Of a stretch of 64,000 bases of DNA, positions 27,065 through 35,903 are shown in pieces; position 1 is the first letter of the stretch, and each line of letters starts with the position of its first letter. Source of the stretch: Rhodoferax sp. Lineage in GTDB: Bacteria; Pseudomonadota; Gammaproteobacteria; Burkholderiales; Burkholderiaceae_C. The position numbers and the translations under genes were made by a program. The notes beneath the pieces were generated by a model. It saw only the letters and a list, made by a program, of their open reading frames with translations, had not been told where the DNA came from and ran no database searches. Location: contig NZ_JBDTEM010000147.1 in assembly GCF_039922535.1 (NCBI RefSeq), forward strand, positions 523 through 64,522, written 5' to 3'.

Positions 27065-28252
27065 TCAATGGGCTACAGCGGGTGCGGACGCGGCCTGCAC
27101 CACACCGGGCGAAAGATGCGCAGCGCGGCGATAACACAGCCAGGACACGGCGCAGACCAGTACCGCGGCCAAGCCGATGGATGGCGTGCCAAAGCCCGCC
27201 ACCAGCACGCCGCCCACCACCGGACCAATCGCAGCCCCGCTCATCAGCATGGCGGGTGTCAGCGCCACCGCGCGGCCACTGGCGTCGTTACGCGACAGCC
27301 AGCCGAAGACAAAGGTATGGGTGAAGATCATTGGCGTCACGAACAATGCGGTAGCCACCGCATACATCGCGAATCCGCTACCCCAGGCCAGAGCCACGGC
27401 CAGTCCGGCCTGCACCAGCACGCCGCCTGCGGCTGCGCTGAAAGCAGGCCAACGCCGCTCGGTCAGCGCAGCCAGCACCGGCGGCAAGAGGTTGATAAAA
27501 CCCAGCACTACCAGCACTACCAGCACCACCAGCACCCGGTCGCCAAAGCCGCGCTCGGTACCGATGCGCTCGGCAAAGCTGAACACCATGGACTGGGTGA
27601 CGGCCATCAGCGTCAGGCCGGCAATTGCCCACCAAACCGGTGCGGCAATCGGCTGCACCTCGCGCGGTACCGGCTTGGCGCTGCCATCCACCGCCGTGGG
27701 TCGGGGGAAAGCCAGCGCTGTACCCAAGGTAGCACAGGCCATCAGCGCGGCAAACATGGCGAATAAAGCCACGCCGCCGTGCTGCGTCACCATGCTCTGG
27801 GCCACGCCGATGAACACGATGCCGGACACGCCCAGGCCAATGCTGACAATGGCAAACAGGCGGTGTGGCCGGGCACTACGGCCTATGGTGCCGTGCACGA
27901 ACGACAAGCCGGTTCCCGCACCCAACCCGGCCACCGCGTGCAACACCGTCATGGCGCCCACGTGGGTGGTCTGGGTCATTGCAGCAAAGGCGATAAAGGC
28001 CAGCGCATAGCCCAGTGGCGCCGCGCGCCAGGGCGCATACCGGTGAAAGCGTGGCGCAAACACCAGGCTGGCCAGCACGGCCGCCGCCAGATAGGCTGTG
28101 ACCATGGCACCGGCCTGCGGCGGGCTGAGATGGTATTGGCCTATCAAGGCGGAGCCCACCCAGACGGGCAGCGCCACCAGGTCCACCATGCCGGCCACAT
28201 GGGCCAATAGCAGGATGGCGCGGCCCTGCCAATGCTCGGTATCTGTTTTCAT
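27065..28252 (-). CDS. MFS transporter
   Basis: About 12 hydrophobic helices with MFS-like spacing. Confidence 0.85.
   Translation of the reverse strand: MKTDTEHWQGRAILLLAHVAGMVDLVALPVWVGSALIGQYHLSPPQAGAMVTAYLAAAVLASLVFAPRFHRYAPWRAAPLGYALAFIAFAAMTQTTHVGAMTVLHAVAGLGAGTGLSFVHGTIGRSARPHRLFAIVSIGLGVSGIVFIGVAQSMVTQHGGVALFAMFAALMACATLGTALAFPRPTAVDGSAKPVPREVQPIAAPVWWAIAGLTLMAVTQSMVFSFAERIGTERGFGDRVLVVLVVLVVLGFINLLPPVLAALTERRWPAFSAAAGGVLVQAGLAVALAWGSGFAMYAVATALFVTPMIFTHTFVFGWLSRNDASGRAVALTPAMLMSGAAIGPVVGGVLVAGFGTPSIGLAAVLVCAVSWLCYRRAAHLSPGVVQAASAPAVAH
27502..27536. repeat. 9-bp tandem repeat (CCAGCACYA x ~4) within the MFS gene
   Basis: CCAGCACTA CCAGCACTA CCAGCACCA CCAGCACC encodes VLVVLVVLVVL. 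Confidence 0.8.
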
Positions 28253-30639
28253 GCTGTTGTCTCCGTGGCGGCCGTCTGCGCGGCGGGTTTGAGTAGGAAG
28301 TGGGCCAACGCGGGCAGCAGGATCAATGCACCCAGCATGTTCCAGAGGAACATGAAGGCCAGCAGCAAACCCATGTCGGCCTGGAACTTGATAGGGCTGG
28401 CCACCCAGGTGATGACGCCAATCGCCAGCGTCACGCCGGTCAGCATCACCACCTTGCCGGTGAACAGCAGCGCCCGGTAATACGCCTGCGACAGGCTAGC
28501 CCCGGCACGCAGCTGCGCCAGGGTGACGCTGAGGATGTACAGCGCGTAATCCACGCCTATGCCCACACCTAGCGCAATCACCGGCAGCGTCGCCACCTTG
28601 ACGCCCATGCCGAAGGCCACCATCAGCGCCTCTGCCAAAAACGATGTCAGCACCAGTGGCAGCACCGCCACCACCACCGCGCGCCAGGAGCGGAAGGTAA
28701 TGAAGCACAGCAGCACCACCGCGCCATACACCATCAGCAGCATCTGGTGCCAGGCATGTTTGACGACGATATTGGTGGCCGCCTCGATACCGGCATTGCC
28801 CGCCGCCAGCAGAAACTGCACGTCCGCTGTGTCGTTTTCTTTGGCGAAGGCTTCCACATGCTCAACCACGCGGGTCAGGGTGTCGGCCTTGTGGTCGCGC
28901 AGGTAGACGTACAGCGTCAGCAGGCCGCAGCTGTCGTTGTACAGCCCACGCGGTGCGCCAGCGGTCACGGTGTTGAGCATGTCCTGGTTGTTCAGGAACT
29001 CGTACCACTTGGGGTTGCCCTCGCTCAGGCCCGTCAGCACGCGGCGGTTCAGCAGTGCCAGAGTGTTGGTGGACTCCACGCCGTCGAGCTGGCGCAGCTG
29101 CCACTCCAGCGCATCCACCTTGTTCAGCGTCTCGTACTGGGAGCACTGGCCTTCGGGCGTCTTGACCATCACGGCCAGCACGTCACTGCCCGCGCCATAG
29201 GCGCTGTTGATGAAGGCCACGTCGCGGTTGTAGCGGCTGTCGGCGCGCAGCTCGGGAGCGCCCGGGTCCAGGTCGCCAATCTTCAGCTGCGACGCCACCA
29301 GCGCACCGGCCACGCCCAGCAGCACGCCACCGGCCACGGCCGCTGTCGCCCAGCGGCGCTGGGTAAAGCGGTCCAGCCAGGCCCACAGCGGGCTGCGCGC
29401 CGCGCCGCTGGCATCGCCCGCCTCGGCCCGTAGGCTGCGCTGCGCGGCAGCGGGGCTGACGCCGGTGTAGCTGAGCAAAATCGGCAGCAGGATCAGGTTG
29501 GTGAAGATCAGCGCCGCCACGCCCAGGCTGGCCGCCAGGGCCAGCTCACGGATGGCCTGGATGTCGATCACCAGCAGCACCGCAAAGCCCACGGCATCGG
29601 CCAGCAGCGCCGTCAGCCCGGCCAAAAACAGGCGGCGAAAGGTAAAGCGTGCCGCCACCAGGCTGGGCATGCCACGGCCTATGTCCTGCATGATGCCGTT
29701 CATCTTCTGCGCGCCGTGGCTCATGCCGATGGCAAACACCAGGAACGGCACCAGGATGGAATACGGGTCGAGCTGCTGGCCCAGCAAGGGCAGCAGGCCC
29801 AGTTGCCACACCACCGCCACCATGGACGCCGCCACCACCAGCACGGTGGAACGCACACAGCGGGTGTAGGCAAACACCATCACGCTGGCAATCGCCACCG
29901 CCAGCGCAAAGAACACCAGCACCGCCTGCACGCCGTCGATCAGGTCGCCCACGATCTTGGCAAAGCCGGTGATGTGCACCGACACCCCTTGTGCGCTGTA
30001 CTTGGCACGCAGCAGCTCCAGGCGTTGCGACAATGCGCGGTAGTCCATCGCATTGCCCTGGGCATCGCGGGTCAGCAGCGGCACAAACAGCACGCTGGAG
30101 CGCCGGTCCAACGCCACGGTCTGGCCGATCTCGCCCGAGCGTTCGATATTCGCTGCCAGTTGCTGCAGGCTGGCTGCGCCGCCGTCGTAGCCCTCCGGGA
30201 TCACCGGGCCTCCTTCCAGCCCATCCTCGGTCACACCGACCCAGCGGGTCGATGGCGTCCAAAGCGACTTCATGCCCACGCGGTCCACGCCGGGTACCAG
30301 GAACACTTCGTCGCTGATCTTGCGCAGGGTCTCCAGATAGCTCGCGTCGTAAATACTGCCTTTGGGGTTGGCCACCGCAATGCGCAAAGCATTGCCCAGG
30401 CCGCGCAGCTCGCTTTGGTGCTGCAGGTAGTTCTGGATATAGGGATGGTGGCCGGGGATGGTCTTCTCGAAACTCGCATTCAAGTCCAGACGGGTCGCCT
30501 GCCAGCCCAGCAGCAGCGTGACCAGCGCGCAGATGCAGACCACCCACAGGCGGTGGTTGAACAGCAAGCGCTCCACCACCGAGCCAGATTGTGTATTGAA
30601 TGCCGCTGCTGGGGGCATGGGTGATGTTGCCGCCATCAT
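28249..30639 (-). CDS. RND/MMPL-family exporter-like protein (partner of DUF1302/DUF1329/YCF48)
   Basis: Two TM clusters, AIGMSHGAQKMNG and GIGVDYALY. Confidence 0.9.
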   Translation of the reverse strand: MMAATSPMPPAAAFNTQSGSVVERLLFNHRLWVVCICALVTLLLGWQATRLDLNASFEKTIPGHHPYIQNYLQHQSELRGLGNALRIAVANPKGSIYDASYLETLRKISDEVFLVPGVDRVGMKSLWTPSTRWVGVTEDGLEGGPVIPEGYDGGAASLQQLAANIERSGEIGQTVALDRRSSVLFVPLLTRDAQGNAMDYRALSQRLELLRAKYSAQGVSVHITGFAKIVGDLIDGVQAVLVFFALAVAIASVMVFAYTRCVRSTVLVVAASMVAVVWQLGLLPLLGQQLDPYSILVPFLVFAIGMSHGAQKMNGIMQDIGRGMPSLVAARFTFRRLFLAGLTALLADAVGFAVLLVIDIQAIRELALAASLGVAALIFTNLILLPILLSYTGVSPAAAQRSLRAEAGDASGAARSPLWAWLDRFTQRRWATAAVAGGVLLGVAGALVASQLKIGDLDPGAPELRADSRYNRDVAFINSAYGAGSDVLAVMVKTPEGQCSQYETLNKVDALEWQLRQLDGVESTNTLALLNRRVLTGLSEGNPKWYEFLNNQDMLNTVTAGAPRGLYNDSCGLLTLYVYLRDHKADTLTRVVEHVEAFAKENDTADVQFLLAAGNAGIEAATNIVVKHAWHQMLLMVYGAVVLLCFITFRSWRAVVVAVLPLVLTSFLAEALMVAFGMGVKVATLPVIALGVGIGVDYALYILSVTLAQLRAGASLSQAYYRALLFTGKVVMLTGVTLAIGVITWVASPIKFQADMGLLLAFMFLWNMLGALILLPALAHFLLKPAAQTAATETTA

Positions 30640-31709
30640 GGTGCCGTCCCCAATGGCACGGCGATCGCACCGCGTACCGTCAGCGCCAGCAGCCGTCCAT
30701 CGGTCAACGGCAAAACGCCAGCGGGCGAAGGCAGCGCTGCGCCAGGCAGCAAGCTCAGAGTACCGTCACGCAGGGCAAACAACTGCCCGCCCTGGTTGGC
30801 CAGCACAGCCCCCTGCCCCGCGCGCAATGCCGACGCGGTGAATGAAATCGGCGCAGCCGCCGCAATGGCCAACCAGGTGGTGCCTGCATCGGTGGAGCGC
30901 CATGCATTACCGCGCAGACCGGCCAGCACGATCTCGCCATGGGCGGGCAGTTCGGCCGTAAAAAAGCTGCCCTGGTAGGGCGTGGTCAGCCGGGTGAAGT
31001 GTTGGCCAGCGTCTTGCGATTGCAGCACCAGACCCTGCTCGCCAGCGATCACCACGGTGTTGCCCTGGGCGCGCACGGTGTACAGGTGCAAGGCCTTGGG
31101 GTTGTCCAGATGCTGGCCCCAGGGCTTCCAGCTGTGGCCGCCGTCTTCGGTCATGAATGCCAGGTTGTACGCACCCACCACGATACCGTGCTGGGCGTCA
31201 AAGAAATGCAGGTCCAGCAAAGGCTTGTCGGCACCGTCGGCCACCAGGCGCTGGGCGTTCTTCACCGCGGCGGCGTCACCGCGGGCCTGGGCCTCGTCCA
31301 ACACCAACTGGGCAGCGGCCTTGCCTTCCAGTTGGCGCACCCAGGTCTCGCCACCGTCCACCGTGGCCAGCACCACGCCGCTGTGGCCCGTGGCCCAGCC
31401 ATGCTGGGCATCCACAAAGCGCACGGCGGTCAGCGTCACGCTGGTGGGCACCTGGGCCTGGCGCCAGTGGGCCGCCGCATCGTCTGACAGCAGCACAATG
31501 CCGCGCTCGCCTACCGCTACCACACGCGACCCTGCCAGGGCCGCGCCCAACAACACCGCCTGGGCGGCTTGCGGGCTGACCAAGGCAGGGCGGTCCAGCG
31601 CACTACCCACTGGTGCAGCCCATGCTGCGGGCAGTGCCAGCGCAGCGGCGCACACCAGCAGGGCACGCAGTCGGCCCGTTTCCGGTGGCTTCAAGGAAAT
31701 CAGAAGCAT
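30636..31709 (-). CDS. YCF48-related beta-propeller (BNR repeat) protein
   Basis: VGERGIVLLSDD, TVDGGETW, TEDGGHSW and STDAGTTW Asp-box repeats. Confidence 0.9.
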   Translation of the reverse strand: MLLISLKPPETGRLRALLVCAAALALPAAWAAPVGSALDRPALVSPQAAQAVLLGAALAGSRVVAVGERGIVLLSDDAAAHWRQAQVPTSVTLTAVRFVDAQHGWATGHSGVVLATVDGGETWVRQLEGKAAAQLVLDEAQARGDAAAVKNAQRLVADGADKPLLDLHFFDAQHGIVVGAYNLAFMTEDGGHSWKPWGQHLDNPKALHLYTVRAQGNTVVIAGEQGLVLQSQDAGQHFTRLTTPYQGSFFTAELPAHGEIVLAGLRGNAWRSTDAGTTWLAIAAAAPISFTASALRAGQGAVLANQGGQLFALRDGTLSLLPGAALPSPAGVLPLTDGRLLALTVRGAIAVPLGTAP

Positions 31710-31722
31710 GTTGTCCTACGCC

Positions 31723-33087
31723 TCAGCGAACGCTGTCGCCAGCCATGGCATCGGGCGAGAAAGTGGAGTCGGCGTAGCGTGGCTGCAGCGTGTATTGCGC
31801 CGACTTGCTGTTGTACAGGTCACCCACATAGGCGGTGCCCGACAGCAGGTCGTTGAAGCCGAAAGCTCCGGTTACCGTGCCTGGCAGATCGGGCGCCACA
31901 AAGGTGGCGGTCCAGATGGACTTCCAGAGCTGGCCGTTGGAATCCCAGCGGTCGGCCAGCACACAGGCCCAGGTGTCTTCGTCGCAGTAATAGCGGCTCT
32001 TGGCGGCAGGGTGGCGTTGACCGGCCCGCAGGCTGGCATTCACCACCCAGACCCGGTGCAGCTCCCAGCGCATGAAGTCGGGATTCACGCCGTTCTTGCC
32101 CAATACCTCGGCATCGGTCTTGGCTTGTAGCAGGCGGTTGCCGTTGTAGGGGATGAACATCTCCTTCTTGCCTGCCAGCTTGAAGTCGAAGCGGTCCAGC
32201 TTGCCGGACCAGGTCTGCACCTCGTCAAAGCTCATCAGCCCGGCGGTCACTGGCGACGGCGTATCGCAGCAAGGGTTGGGCAGCTTGCGCACACGGCGCT
32301 GGCCGGTCAGGTAGACCCAGGACTGGGTCTTGGCCGGGTCGATCTGGTCGCGGCCGGTGATGGCTTCGCCCGCGCGTATCGGAGGGCCCACGTTGACCAG
32401 GCGGATCAGTTGGGTCTCGGGTGCCTTGGCAAAAGACTCCAGCGTGACGTCGGGGTAGTAGTACGGAATCTGGAAGTCGATGACGCCGTCGGTGGTCATC
32501 ACCGGCTTGCCGTCTGCCGTGATCTGGTACTGGGTGACCTTGGACTGGAAGGAAGTACCGCGCCAGCGCAGCATGTGGTTCCATATCACTTCGGCGCCCA
32601 CTTTGGGCAGGGGGAAAGGAATACCGCCCACCACATCGATCGGCACATCGCCCTGCAGCTTGCCACGGGTAGCGTTTTTCTGCGTGTTGTCGTAAACCCA
32701 CTGCGGCGCGGCGGCGGTGCGGTGCGTCTTGTACACATCTACCCGGTAGTCGGGGTATTTCTTCAGCAAAGCCATCACGCCGTCGCTGAGCTTGTCGGCG
32801 TATTGGTCGGCGTTCTTGCCGGTGATGCTGGTCAGCGGCTTTTCGTCCTTGAACGGGTCGCCGCGGCGGCCGCCGGCGTTGTCGCCAGCAATCGCGGTGG
32901 TCAGGCCGCCGGTCCAGGTGGGAATGCTGCCGTCTTTGTTGGCGGCTTTTTCAGCACCCAGCGGTGTCAGCTCGGTCTTCAGTTTCGCGGCCTCTTCCGC
33001 GCTGACGGCGGCCCAGCTTGGCAGGCTGGTGGCAGCGCCCATCAGCAGCCCGCAGGCCGCCAGCAGGGTATGGTGGTTTTTTTTCAT
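31723..33087 (-). CDS. DUF1329 periplasmic protein
   Basis: AVSAEEAAKLKTELTPLGAEKA, YKTHRTAA, GQRRVRKLP and WELHRVWVV. Confidence 0.92.
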   Translation of the reverse strand: MKKNHHTLLAACGLLMGAATSLPSWAAVSAEEAAKLKTELTPLGAEKAANKDGSIPTWTGGLTTAIAGDNAGGRRGDPFKDEKPLTSITGKNADQYADKLSDGVMALLKKYPDYRVDVYKTHRTAAAPQWVYDNTQKNATRGKLQGDVPIDVVGGIPFPLPKVGAEVIWNHMLRWRGTSFQSKVTQYQITADGKPVMTTDGVIDFQIPYYYPDVTLESFAKAPETQLIRLVNVGPPIRAGEAITGRDQIDPAKTQSWVYLTGQRRVRKLPNPCCDTPSPVTAGLMSFDEVQTWSGKLDRFDFKLAGKKEMFIPYNGNRLLQAKTDAEVLGKNGVNPDFMRWELHRVWVVNASLRAGQRHPAAKSRYYCDEDTWACVLADRWDSNGQLWKSIWTATFVAPDLPGTVTGAFGFNDLLSGTAYVGDLYNSKSAQYTLQPRYADSTFSPDAMAGDSVR

Positions 33088-33130
33088 GGTGTCTCCGGTA
33101 ATTCCAAATGGGTAGGGGTTAGCGGGGGGG

Positions 33131-34843
33131 TCAGAACGTGCGACGCAGGTTCAATGAGATGAAGTTGCGGTCGCCCAGCGGGTTGCCGTCGCTGAACTGC
33201 CCTGTGCTGTAGTCGTTAAAGGGCTTGCTGGTGCCGATGTAGCGGGTGTAGTTCAGCCCGAATTGCCAGGTATTGCGGAAGTTGCCTTCAATGCCAATGT
33301 TGGCGCTGCCCGTGCCCTTTGGGCCCCAGGCGGTGACGCTGGAACGACCCGACAGGGTGTAGCGCAGGCCCACAGGCACGTTGATGTCCACACCGTCAAA
33401 CACCTGCCGGTAGGTCGGGGTGTAGACAAACTGCACGATGCTGGCGTCGCGGGTGCGGCCCTGGTCGATCTCGTTGTCCGGGTCGTTTTTATGCAGCACG
33501 CGGTTCCAGGCCAGCTCGGCCGCCAGGCCGCTTTCCTTGGCCAAGAAGTTCGGGCCAAAGCTGGCAATGGTGGACAGGTTGATGTGCGCGGTGCGTCCAG
33601 TCGGATACGCCGGCCGGGCCGTACCATTGGGGCCGAAATACACAGCGTTGTTCACATTCAGCGGCATGTTGTCGCGCAGCGAGGCTTCGGCGGACACATT
33701 GAAGTCACCCACCGAACGCGACACGCTGGCGCCTGCCACATCGATGTCGCTGCCGAATACATAGAACCAGCTGCTGTCCGTAGCGGGTGCACCGGGGTTC
33801 AGCCGGGAATAGAGCTGGCCAGTCTTATCGTGGTAACGCGCGTAGTAAAAACCCAGGTCGGTCTCGTCCAACCGCCATTTCGCCTGCAGGCCAAATTGGC
33901 CGCTGTTGCGTGGCTTGTCGTCTGCGCCTGGCTGGGCCACATAGTTGCCACCAATGCCGGGAATGGATGCCGGAATGCCGACAAACTCCGGCCCGGTAGC
34001 CCCCCAAGGCACATTGGCGGTGGAGAAATAGCTGCCGGCTGCAGGCACACGACTCTCCTTCCACTGGAATTGCACATAGCCCCCCAGGCTGAAGTTGGGC
34101 GCCACCTGCCACTGGCCCGACAGCTGCGGCACCGGAATGGCGATTTCCTTGAACTGCGCGTTCGGTGACGACAGCAGCTTGGACACGTCCGTCGGCCCCT
34201 GCGCAGCGGCAATGCCGTTGTCGCCAAAGAACAGGCTTTCGCCGTACAGCAAGCTGTGCTGGCCCAGCCGACCGCTGAGCTTGCCACCGTTGGCCAAGGT
34301 GGTGCTGCCAAACACGAATGCATCCATCAGCTCTGCCTTGCGGCCCGACTCCTCCTGGGTGTGGTCGGCGAACTGGTTGTAGGGTGACTGGCCGTTGGTC
34401 GGGTCGTTGGGCGCATCGGTGCCGCGCTGGTAGGCCCGGTCGTACCAGCCAGCGGCGCTGATCCGCAGGCCAAACCGGCCTTGGTACACCGCATCGAACT
34501 CGGACAACAGATCCAGCCGCTCCGACACAAAACCGCGCTGGCTGAAGTTCTGGTCGCCCGCATTGAAGTTGATGGCCTGCGGCGCACCCTGGGCGCTGAA
34601 AGACTGTGTCAGCGCCGGGTCCGCATTGCGCAGCCGGTACATGGTGCTGGCCTTGACCGTGTTGTCGAAGCGCAGGCTCAGGTCCGGGTTGCCGCTGTCC
34701 AGCTCCATGGACTGGGCGCCTTGCACGGCCCCCAGCGCCGCGCAGGCCATGGCGGTACGCGTCATCAGCTGAACGCGGGAATAAGGGGAATAGGGGCGCG
34801 GAGCCCGGGCGGACGGGGTCCGCTTCCATAAACGTGGGTGCAT
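33131..34843 (-). CDS. DUF1302 outer-membrane beta-barrel uptake channel (FdeA-like)
   Basis: LSLRFDNTVK, NAGDQNF, WGESLFF-like LYGESLFF and C-terminal ISLNLRRTF. GGAGA RBS before ATG 34843. Confidence 0.9.
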   Translation of the reverse strand: MHPRLWKRTPSARAPRPYSPYSRVQLMTRTAMACAALGAVQGAQSMELDSGNPDLSLRFDNTVKASTMYRLRNADPALTQSFSAQGAPQAINFNAGDQNFSQRGFVSERLDLLSEFDAVYQGRFGLRISAAGWYDRAYQRGTDAPNDPTNGQSPYNQFADHTQEESGRKAELMDAFVFGSTTLANGGKLSGRLGQHSLLYGESLFFGDNGIAAAQGPTDVSKLLSSPNAQFKEIAIPVPQLSGQWQVAPNFSLGGYVQFQWKESRVPAAGSYFSTANVPWGATGPEFVGIPASIPGIGGNYVAQPGADDKPRNSGQFGLQAKWRLDETDLGFYYARYHDKTGQLYSRLNPGAPATDSSWFYVFGSDIDVAGASVSRSVGDFNVSAEASLRDNMPLNVNNAVYFGPNGTARPAYPTGRTAHINLSTIASFGPNFLAKESGLAAELAWNRVLHKNDPDNEIDQGRTRDASIVQFVYTPTYRQVFDGVDINVPVGLRYTLSGRSSVTAWGPKGTGSANIGIEGNFRNTWQFGLNYTRYIGTSKPFNDYSTGQFSDGNPLGDRNFISLNLRRTF

Positions 34844-34927
34844 GCTTTGTCTCCGGTTTGTTGTCTTACGGTGGGCTGCAAATTGCGGTTTGCCCCGACC
34901 TGGAAACGGAATGTACGGAGGGGTAAA

Positions 34928-34976
34928 GCATTCGTAAAATGGATTCTTTCGATTCCACAAATCCACGCCACTAATA
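34928..34976 (-). promoter_or_regulatory. nod-box-like LysR binding site
   Basis: TATTAGTGGCGTGGATTTGTGGAATCGAAAGAATCCATTTTACGAATGC matches the rhizobial nod-box consensus YATCCAYNNYRYRGATGNNNNYNATCNAAACAATCRATTTTACCAATCY at 32 of 41 defined positions with no gaps. Confidence 0.8.
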
Positions 34977-34994
34977 CCAAGGGTTACCCCGAGC

Positions 34995-35903
34995 ATGCGA
35001 TTCAACAAACTCGACCTCAACCTGCTGGTGGCGCTGAACGCCTTGCTGACCGAGCGCAACATCAGCCGCGCGGCTGTGCGCGTGCACCTCAGCCAGCCCG
35101 CCATGAGCAATGCGCTGGCACGCCTGCGGGCTTATTTCGAAGATGAATTGCTGGTGCCATCGGGGCGCCAACTGATCTGGACACCGCGCGCCGAAGCGCT
35201 GGTGGAGCCAGTGCGCGAAGTGCTGATGCGCATCGACAGCACGATTGCCGTGCAGCCCCGCTTTGACCCAGCCACCGCCTCGCGGGCCTTCACCCTGCTG
35301 GTGTCCGACTTCACCACCACGGTCTTCGTACCCGCCCTGCTGGAGCGGCTGTACCACGAGGCGCCGGGCGTACGCATAGACCTGCGCATGCAGTACACCA
35401 ACCCCGCCGAAATTCTGGAACAAGGCGATGCCGACCTGCTGATCATTCCCGCCCAGTACGCCTCACCCGACCACCCGTCACAGCCGCTGTTTGAAGAAAA
35501 CTATATGTGCGTCACCTGGACCGGCAATCGGCATATCCAGGACAGACTGAGCTTTGAGGACTACCTGGCTGCAGGCCATGTGCTGGCCAATTTTTCCGGC
35601 GCTGCGCAGACACCGGCATTCGACGGCTGGTTTCTGGAACGCTTTGGCATCACCCGCCGGGTCGAAGTCACGGCCCCGACCCTGGCCGCCCTACCCAGCC
35701 TGGTCGTGGGCACCGACCGCATCGCCACCGTGCACCGCCGGCTGGCCGAGCGGGTGCGCCACCTGTTGCCCATCCGCATCTGGGAGCCGCCGCTGGAAAT
35801 CCCCAAGCTGGTCCAGATGCTGCAATGGCACAAATACCGCAACAACGACTTGGCCCTAGCCTGGCTGCGCAACTGCGCGCTCGAAGTGGGCGCGCAAATC
35901 TAG
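34995..35903 (+). CDS. NodD/FdeR-like LysR-family transcriptional regulator
   Basis: MRFNKLDLNLLVALNALLTERNISRAA...LSQPAMSNALARLR; divergent from the operon across a nod-box-like site. Confidence 0.92.
   Translation: MRFNKLDLNLLVALNALLTERNISRAAVRVHLSQPAMSNALARLRAYFEDELLVPSGRQLIWTPRAEALVEPVREVLMRIDSTIAVQPRFDPATASRAFTLLVSDFTTTVFVPALLERLYHEAPGVRIDLRMQYTNPAEILEQGDADLLIIPAQYASPDHPSQPLFEENYMCVTWTGNRHIQDRLSFEDYLAAGHVLANFSGAAQTPAFDGWFLERFGITRRVEVTAPTLAALPSLVVGTDRIATVHRRLAERVRHLLPIRIWEPPLEIPKLVQMLQWHKYRNNDLALAWLRNCALEVGAQI

Larger units (their letters stand above)
18263..35903. other. ~17.6-kb fde-like flavonoid/polyphenol catabolic island bracketed by hmp 3'-end direct repeats
   Basis: 15 co-oriented genes plus a divergent NodD-like LysR. 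The left end abuts the hmp remnant and the right end abuts the intact hmp stop. No integrase seen. Confidence 0.7.

Noticed and set aside
34844-35110. 659-aa version of DUF1302 starting at 35110
   Set aside because: It would overlap the LysR start and the nod box. The ATG at 34843 has a good RBS.
34928-35903. Symbiotic nodulation locus
   Set aside because: The NodD-like regulator and nod box face catabolic genes, and no nodA/B/C homologs are visible.
18263-35903. Active ICE, prophage or transposon
   Set aside because: No integrase, transposase, relaxase or terminal inverted repeats. The flanking duplication is diverged and a host repeat lies inside, so any mobility is ancient.
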